DNA of 64,000 bases from Flavobacteriales bacterium (GTDB lineage: Bacteria; Bacteroidota; Bacteroidia; Flavobacteriales; Flavobacteriaceae), in contig JBBQSZ010000008.1 of NCBI GenBank assembly GCA_038234745.1, positions 5,231 through 69,230 of the forward strand. Reading direction: 5' to 3'. The notes beneath the pieces were generated by a model that was given only the letters and a program-made list of their open reading frames with translations, was not told the origin of the DNA and did no database searches. Made by a program: the position numbers and the translations under genes. This document shows, piece after piece, positions 46,950-53,296 of this stretch; the stretch's first letter is position 1, and each line of letters starts with the position of its first letter.

Positions 46950-49115
46950 ATGAACCATTTATTTTTCAAAAAAAGTACAAAGTACAAAGTACAAAGTGCA
47001 AAGAAGAAAGTTTTCCTAACCTCTTTTTTCTTTGTTCTAATCTCTTTTCTCTCAAACGGACAAGAAAAACCAAAAGACACCACGAAAGTTAACCAACTCG
47101 ATGAAGTTTTAGTTTCGGCAGTTCGGGTAACTACAAAAACACCAGTTTCTTTCAGTAATTTAGATAAAAAGGAAATAAAGTTTCGAAATTTAGGACAAGA
47201 CATTCCCATTTTAATGAATTATCTGCCTTCAGTTGTCACCACTTCCGATGCTGGAAATGGTGTAGGTTATACAGGAATTCGTGTTCGTGGTAGTGATGCC
47301 ACTCGGGTAAATGTTACCATCAACGGAATTCCTTACAACGATTCCGAAAGTCACGGAACCTATTGGGTAAATATGCCCGATTTTGCCTCTTCTTTAGAAA
47401 GCATTCAGTTGCAGCGCGGTGTGGGAACTTCTACCAATGGAGCTGGTGCTTTTGGTGCTAGTTTGAATATGTTGACGGAAACGTATTCTCAAAAAGCAAC
47501 GGCTGAAATTTCAAGTTCTTTTGGGAGTTTTAAAACCTTAAAAAACACAGCAAAATTCAGTACGGGTTTGATGAACGACCATTTTGAAATGGCAGGACGT
47601 TTGTCAACATTAAAATCAGATGGCTATGTTGACCGAGCCAGTACCAATTTAAAATCTTATTTTCTGCAAGGAACTTACATAGGAAATACAACCTTAATCA
47701 AAGCTTTAGTTTTTGGAGGAACTGAAAAAACATACCAATCGTGGAACGGAATCGATGGGGAAACATTGGCAACTGATAGAACCTTTAACTCGGCTGGAAT
47801 GTTTACCGATGAAGGGGGGAATACTCGTTTTTATGATAACGAAACCGATAATTACCAACAAGATCATTATCAATTGCATTGGAATGAAAAAATATCTAGT
47901 AATTGGAGTACAAATTTAGCTTTTCATTACACCAAAGGAAAAGGATATTATGAAAATTACAAAGAAGACGCAAAATTTTCGAGTTATGGTTTGACTCCAA
48001 TCGTTATTGATGGAACAACCATAAAAAAAACTGATTTAATTCGTCAGAAATGGTTAGACAATGACTTTTATGGAGCCACTTTTTCAACTAATTACAAAAG
48101 CGAAAAACTAGATATTATCCTTGGCGGTGGCTGGAATAAATATGAGGGAACCCATTTTGGAAAAGTAATTTGGGCTCGATATGCTTCGCAAAGCGAATTG
48201 GGCGATCGTTATTACGAAGACGACGCAACAAAAACTGATGGAAATATTTTTGCAAAAGCTAATTATCAAATAACGGAAAAAATAAGTTTATTTGGCGATT
48301 TACAAGTTCGAAATGTGCATTATTTAGCAGATAGTTACGAAACCGGAAAAGTGAATGACAACTTCAATTTCTTCAATCCAAAGGCAGGTTTGAATTATGA
48401 TATAGACTCGAAAAACAAATTGTACTTTTCGTATGCCAAAGCCAATCGTGAACCCAACCGAACCGATTATGAAAACGGAAATCCAAAACCCGAAAAGTTA
48501 AATGACTTCGAATTGGGTTGGAGATTTACTGCTGAGAAAGTAAAAATCAATTCGAATATTTATTATATGGGGTACAAAGACCAACTGATTTTGACAGGAA
48601 AACTAGACGATGTAGGAAGTCCAATTCGTTCCAATAGTGAAAAAAGTTTTCGTTTGGGATTGGAAGTAGATGCTACAATTGCTGTTTCAGAGCAATTTGT
48701 AATCCGACCTAATTTTACTTTAAGCGCTAATAAAAACGTTGATTTAGCCGTTGCTGGTGAAAATTATGGAACTACAACTATTGCCTATTCACCTTCGGTA
48801 ATTGTAGGAAATATGTTTATCTATAAGCCAATTGAAAGTTTGCAAATTTCATTATTACAAAAAATTGTAGGCAAGCAGTATATGAACAATATTGAATCAA
48901 CCGAAGCAAAACTAGCGAGTTATTTCATAAATGACATCAATCTTAGTTATGAAATAAAACCAAAATCTGTTTTCAAATCCATTATTGTTAAGGGATTAGT
49001 CAATAATGTTTTCGACAAGAAATATGTGTCAAACGGTTACATGTATGATGTTTATCCATATTATTATCCGCAATCAGGAATTAATTTCTTGGCAGGATTG
49101 ACCTTGAAGTTTTAG
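46950..49115 (+). CDS. TonB-dependent receptor (probable thiamine or thiamine-precursor uptake, judged from the riboswitch)
   Basis: Signal peptide, plug domain (DEVLVSAVR, GIRVRGSDATRVNVTINGIPYND) and a barrel ending ...LAGLTLKF. Confidence 0.85.
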   Translation: MNHLFFKKSTKYKVQSAKKKVFLTSFFFVLISFLSNGQEKPKDTTKVNQLDEVLVSAVRVTTKTPVSFSNLDKKEIKFRNLGQDIPILMNYLPSVVTTSDAGNGVGYTGIRVRGSDATRVNVTINGIPYNDSESHGTYWVNMPDFASSLESIQLQRGVGTSTNGAGAFGASLNMLTETYSQKATAEISSSFGSFKTLKNTAKFSTGLMNDHFEMAGRLSTLKSDGYVDRASTNLKSYFLQGTYIGNTTLIKALVFGGTEKTYQSWNGIDGETLATDRTFNSAGMFTDEGGNTRFYDNETDNYQQDHYQLHWNEKISSNWSTNLAFHYTKGKGYYENYKEDAKFSSYGLTPIVIDGTTIKKTDLIRQKWLDNDFYGATFSTNYKSEKLDIILGGGWNKYEGTHFGKVIWARYASQSELGDRYYEDDATKTDGNIFAKANYQITEKISLFGDLQVRNVHYLADSYETGKVNDNFNFFNPKAGLNYDIDSKNKLYFSYAKANREPNRTDYENGNPKPEKLNDFELGWRFTAEKVKINSNIYYMGYKDQLILTGKLDDVGSPIRSNSEKSFRLGLEVDATIAVSEQFVIRPNFTLSANKNVDLAVAGENYGTTTIAYSPSVIVGNMFIYKPIESLQISLLQKIVGKQYMNNIESTEAKLASYFINDINLSYEIKPKSVFKSIIVKGLVNNVFDKKYVSNGYMYDVYPYYYPQSGINFLAGLTLKF

Positions 49116-49132
49116 TTTTTTTAGGTTTTTTT

Positions 49133-49166
49133 AATCCTGATGGTTTAAGCTGTCAGGATTTTTTTG
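49133..49166 (+). terminator. intrinsic terminator after the TonB-dependent receptor gene
   Basis: aatcctga / tcaggatt stem with a 12-nt loop, followed by TTTTT. Confidence 0.7.
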
Positions 49167-49353
49167 TTATAAGTTGTTAATAGAAACGGCGTAAAAGTTA
49201 AAATTTAGTTAAATTTTTAAAATTTTATTTTTAATTGTTTTTTTTTTTTTTTTTTGATATTTACAGTGGTTAACCAAGAAATTATTATAAATTTAAACCA
49301 TTAAAATAATGAAAAAATTAGTATTTACAGCTGTAGCACTAGTCGCATTTAGT
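49153..49353 (+). repeat. promoter-leader cassette, copy 1 (about 200 bp; contains T18 at 49238-49255 and the first 45 nt of the P1 CDS)
   Basis: Near-identical to 52087-52286 apart from a few substitutions and the poly-T length. Confidence 0.9.
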
Positions 49354-49530
49354 GGAGTTACTGTGGCTGGAACAAAAGAAGTAAAAAAAGCAAATTTAGA
49401 AGATAACGATTGCGAATATATTGCAATTTTAGTAATGGATAATTGGTATGGTAGTCAATACTTAACTGATATAGGTTTTTTTTACGCTTATCGTGCTATA
49501 GTAGAAGATTGCGATAGTGGAAGGATGTAA
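49309..49530 (+). CDS. small secreted protein P1 (signal peptide plus two-Cys acidic helical domain), hypothetical
   Basis: MKKLVFTAVALVAFSGVTVAG signal. Mature part has DCEYIAILVMD...YRAIVEDC. Paralogous to P2 and P3. Confidence 0.55.
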   Translation: MKKLVFTAVALVAFSGVTVAGTKEVKKANLEDNDCEYIAILVMDNWYGSQYLTDIGFFYAYRAIVEDCDSGRM

Positions 49531-49600
49531 AATAACATCCGAGGTTGTAGAGCTGATCCCTTCAATAAGATTTTTATCAATAATTATTAAAACAATTAAA

Positions 49601-49897
49601 ATGAAAAATAAAATATTTGCATTACTACTTTTTATAGTGGTTAACGGTGTTTCTAACGCAAAAAATCTAAAGTTAAATGATAAAAAAGTTGATAATATCG
49701 ACATTAAAACAAATTTTTATGGTGCTTCAATTATTGAAAACGAAACAAATAATGTGACCGTAGCGATTGATTGCGATATGTATGCAGTAAATGTTATTGA
49801 GGATTGTTATTTGTGTGATGATTTTTTAAGTGATGTCGGATATATTTATTTGTTTCGGACTATAGTTGAAGATTGCTACAGGCAAAGTTGTCAATAA
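49601..49897 (+). CDS. small secreted protein P2 (paralogue of P1/P3 with extra Cys residues), hypothetical
   Basis: The ATG at 49601 gives the signal peptide MKNKIFALLLFIVVNGVSNA. Contains DCDMYAVNVIED...FRTIVEDC. Confidence 0.55.
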   Translation: MKNKIFALLLFIVVNGVSNAKNLKLNDKKVDNIDIKTNFYGASIIENETNNVTVAIDCDMYAVNVIEDCYLCDDFLSDVGYIYLFRTIVEDCYRQSCQ

Positions 49898-49976
49898 ATT
49901 ATAAAAATTATAATTAAAAATTGACACTTTATTTATTAGTATGGGTTTGCGATAGGACATTTTAATGCTATGTATT

Positions 49977-50681
49977 ATGAGTAAAAAGTGGTTTTTTGGA
50001 TTTATTTTATTTGTATTAATAAATTATTCCTTTAATGGTCAAAATACTACAAGTGGAGAAATCATTTACCAGAAAAAAATGATTATTGACGAAGAGAAAA
50101 TTGCGCCAAAAGACATTCTTTCAAAAGGGATTAAAGATATTTCCAGCAAACATACCTACTTGCTTTTATTTAATGAAAATAGATCCAAATTTATTTTCAA
50201 AGATAATATGGAAAGCGAATCATCTTCGAAAGAAAAGTACTTCAGCAAACTAGCTTCCATCTTATGTGACGATTATAATTATTACTATGACAGATTAAAT
50301 ATGACAGAAGGTATTAAAGAATATGGTGATGGAATTTTAATTGCGGATACTGAAAAATTTGACTGGATTATAACAAAGGAAAATAAATTAATAGGTCAAT
50401 ATTTGTGTTACAAAGCGACATATTTAACTAGTAGGAAAAACTATAAGGGAGTGGAAAATAAAATATTGATTACAGCTTGGTTTGCACCATCCATCCCAAT
50501 TTCATTAGGTCCTAAAAAATATAAAGGTTTGCCAGGATTGATTTTGGAATTACAAGATCAATTGTCAGTGGTTTATGCAACAAATATAAAATTAAAAGAA
50601 ATAATGGATGCAAAAATAGATTTTCCTAAAGGATCCATTATTAGTGAGGAAGAATATAAGAAAAAAGTTTTGTTAAAATAA
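49977..50681 (+). CDS. GLPGLI family protein (paralogue 1)
   Basis: Signal peptide, YLCYKA, AWFAPSIPISLGPKKYKGLPGLILELQ. Confidence 0.8.
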   Translation: MSKKWFFGFILFVLINYSFNGQNTTSGEIIYQKKMIIDEEKIAPKDILSKGIKDISSKHTYLLLFNENRSKFIFKDNMESESSSKEKYFSKLASILCDDYNYYYDRLNMTEGIKEYGDGILIADTEKFDWIITKENKLIGQYLCYKATYLTSRKNYKGVENKILITAWFAPSIPISLGPKKYKGLPGLILELQDQLSVVYATNIKLKEIMDAKIDFPKGSIISEEEYKKKVLLK

Positions 50682-51120
50682 AGTAAATTATACATTCTGC
50701 AGATAAGTCTTGTGGTTTGCATGTTATTAGAGTATAAATAGTTTTATATTTTATTAACTTTATTGAAAGATAGTAGATGGTAGTCTTATTATTTGAAATG
50801 TAACACTGAAAAAGAAGATTTTGAGATATTAGATATACTTGCTATAAAATAATCCTAATAATATTTTTGGAGAACTTCACAAATGTCAGATTTTATCACA
50901 TTAAAAAAGCGTTTAAAAAGACGTGGTTATAATTTTTAAGACTAGCTACAGAACGATTAAAAGGTCGTCTAATAATTTGGCTGAAATCTGGAGTCATTTC
51001 CTTTTAGCTAAATTCAGTGCATATATTGATTTTAGAAATATGTCTTACTACGTTTTTTACTTGTATTTCAGTGACACAAGAAGGGCAAGAATAATTTAAA
51101 AACCAAATTTTCTCACACAA

Positions 51121-51155
51121 CCTGTTAAACATTCTGTCTTTAACAGGTTTGTTTT
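51121..51155 (+). terminator. intrinsic terminator-like hairpin ending 14 nt before the GLPGLI-2 start codon
   Basis: cctgttaaa / tttaacagg 9-bp stem with a 9-nt loop, followed by tttgtttt. Confidence 0.6.
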
Positions 51156-51168
51156 AGATAAATCCTAA

Positions 51169-51876
51169 ATGAAAAATATAACATTAATTTTATTCTTTTT
51201 TTTCTTTTTGACTACTGCAATTAGTCAAAGCAAAAACATTTACGTTTCTTACAAAGTTGAGGTTCAGGATGAAAAAGAAATGTTTAAAACCAATCAAGGT
51301 TTAAGAGCAATGCTTGATTATGCAATTAATAATGACAGTGATTTTTCATTTGGATTGATAATAAAAAAAGATGAGTCTAAATTTTATCAAGAAACGAAAT
51401 TAATTGCTGATGGAAATGCTGGATATGCCAAAGGAGCATTAGCAATGATGAGTTATATAGGGGATGTTTATACTTTAGGTGATTTTTGCTTTAAACAAAA
51501 CCCACTTTTAGGAAATAATACTTACACTAAAATAGATTTGAAAAGTAACTGGAATTTAGTAAACGAAACAAAATTAATAGATGGTTATTTGTGTTATAAA
51601 GCAACAAATATAAAAAGAGTTGATAATGTCGATAAAGTTTTTAATCATCCTGTCATCGCCTGGTTTTGTCCAAAATTACCTTATAAAGTAGGCCCTAATG
51701 GCTATGGTAATTTACCGGGTCTTATTCTTGAACTTCAGGTTCGGAATGTTGTATATAGTGTTAAAAAAGTTACTGTTGATACAGAATTAAATTTTGATAC
51801 TGATTTTCTAAAAAAAGCAAAAATATTATCGCAATCTGAATTAGAATCCGAATATAAAAAATTTAATGAGTATTAA
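51169..51876 (+). CDS. GLPGLI family protein (paralogue 2)
   Basis: Signal peptide MKNITLILFFFFFLTTAISQ, YLCYKA, AWFCPKLPYKVGPNGYGNLPGLILELQ. Confidence 0.8.
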   Translation: MKNITLILFFFFFLTTAISQSKNIYVSYKVEVQDEKEMFKTNQGLRAMLDYAINNDSDFSFGLIIKKDESKFYQETKLIADGNAGYAKGALAMMSYIGDVYTLGDFCFKQNPLLGNNTYTKIDLKSNWNLVNETKLIDGYLCYKATNIKRVDNVDKVFNHPVIAWFCPKLPYKVGPNGYGNLPGLILELQVRNVVYSVKKVTVDTELNFDTDFLKKAKILSQSELESEYKKFNEY

Positions 51877-52086
51877 AATTGATTTTAAAAAAGGTAAGAC
51901 TTCTGTTTTTTAGAATGATACAAGACAATAATCTAGCTATAAATTGGCTTGAAATGTTTTTTAAACTTCCAAAAATGCCTGTTCCTATTATTTTTCGAAG
52001 CATATTATAAAAGTAATATCCAACATTTAAATGTTTAAATTTTTCTTTTTTTTACAACACTTTCCTTCTCTCAAATCCATTCAATT

Positions 52087-52286
52087 TCAGGAATTTTCTG
52101 TTATAAGTTGTTAATAGAAACCGCGTAAAAGTTAAAGTTTAGTTAAATTTTTAAAATTTTATTTTTAATTGGTTTTTTTTTTTTTTTGATATTTACAGTG
52201 GTTAACTAAGAAATTATTTATAAATTTAAACCATTAAAAAAATGAAAAAATTAGTATTTACAGCTATCGCAGTAATAGCATTTAGT
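52087..52286 (+). repeat. promoter-leader cassette, copy 2 (contains T15 at 52173-52187 and the first 45 nt of the P3 CDS)
   Basis: Near-identical to 49153-49353. Confidence 0.9.
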
Positions 52287-52490
52287 TGGGTTTCAATGGC
52301 TAAAACTACAGAATTAAAGATCGTTGAAAATTATGGAATGATTGTTGCTCAGAGTGGTGACTGCGAGACATTCGCTATGGATTTTATAGATGAATATGAT
52401 TCCAATCATCCGGGAGCAGAAATGGAGATATCAAATGCACAAGTAGTTTATCAGCAACTTTTAGATCTGTGTTATATCGAAATGCGTTAA
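52242..52490 (+). CDS. small secreted protein P3 (paralogue of P1/P2), hypothetical
   Basis: MKKLVFTAIAVIAFSWVSMA signal. Contains DCETFAMDFIDE...YQQLLDLC. Confidence 0.55.
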   Translation: MKKLVFTAIAVIAFSWVSMAKTTELKIVENYGMIVAQSGDCETFAMDFIDEYDSNHPGAEMEISNAQVVYQQLLDLCYIEMR

Positions 52491-52510
52491 CATAATCCTA
52501 TTAATAATTA

Positions 52511-52550
52511 GCAAACTAAATAATTTATGTTTAGTTTGCTTTTTAATTTA
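52511..52550 (+). terminator. intrinsic terminator between P3 and GLPGLI-3
   Basis: Perfect 10-bp stem gcaaactaaa / tttagtttgc with a 9-nt loop, followed by a T-rich tract. The ORF-track ATG at 52527 sits in the loop, which argues for the GLPGLI-3 start at 52563. Confidence 0.7.
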
Positions 52551-52562
52551 TTTTTTTTAGCT

Positions 52563-53285
52563 ATGAATAGAAATTGCATTTTTGTTTTAATGACTATTTT
52601 ACTTTCGTTTAATAGTAATAGCCAAATAGTATCAGGTAAAATAATATATAAAATCCAACCTATTGATATTGAATTAGATTCAAAATCAGATAAAATTAAC
52701 AGTTTGAATGAAAAAATATATCAAGAAGCACAAAAACAGTCGTTTACATTAGAATTCAATACAATCAAATCAAGTTTTGTTTTAAATAATATTTTAGAGC
52801 CAAACAATGAAGAAAAATACAGTAAGGGCATTAGCAATTTAGCTTCAATGTTGATAACATCTGGCTACAACTATTATTTAAATCTTAATACGAAAACTGT
52901 TGTACTTCAAAATACAGATGGGCTTTTAATAGAAGAAAAATATGATAAAAAAAATTGGGAAATAACAGCAGAAAGTAAAAAAATTGCAGATTATTTATGT
53001 TATAAAGCAATATACATTAAAAATTATACGGGCAGAAACGGTAAAAGCATAAGTATCCCAATTACTGCGTGGTTTGCTCCAAGCTTACCCTATGGTTATG
53101 GGCCAAAAGATTATAATGGTTTACCAGGTCTAATTCTTGAATTACAGGAACGTAAAACTATATACTATGCATCTTTGATAACTCTTCTATCGAAAGACAA
53201 AGAAATAGAAATAGAGTTCCCAAAAGGGAAAATCGTTACAAAAGAAGAATACGATACAAAAATGAAAGCCCAAATGGGTATGTAA
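52563..53285 (+). CDS. GLPGLI family protein (paralogue 3)
   Basis: MNRNCIFVLMTILLSFNSNSQ signal, YLCYKA, AWFAPSLPYGYGPKDYNGLPGLILELQ. Confidence 0.8.
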   Translation: MNRNCIFVLMTILLSFNSNSQIVSGKIIYKIQPIDIELDSKSDKINSLNEKIYQEAQKQSFTLEFNTIKSSFVLNNILEPNNEEKYSKGISNLASMLITSGYNYYLNLNTKTVVLQNTDGLLIEEKYDKKNWEITAESKKIADYLCYKAIYIKNYTGRNGKSISIPITAWFAPSLPYGYGPKDYNGLPGLILELQERKTIYYASLITLLSKDKEIEIEFPKGKIVTKEEYDTKMKAQMGM

Positions 53286-53296
53286 TTAAAAAACTT

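Noticed and set aside
46940-47209. 89-aa minus-strand ORF across the TonB receptor start
   Set aside because: It is antisense to a well-supported receptor N-terminus with signal peptide and plug, and it has no features of its own.
49201-49260. The poly-T tract and surrounding A/T repeats as a possible CRISPR leader or replication origin
   Set aside because: No direct repeats with regular spacers, no cas genes, and no DnaA-box clusters or dnaA/dnaN context are present. The tract is better explained as part of a duplicated promoter cassette.
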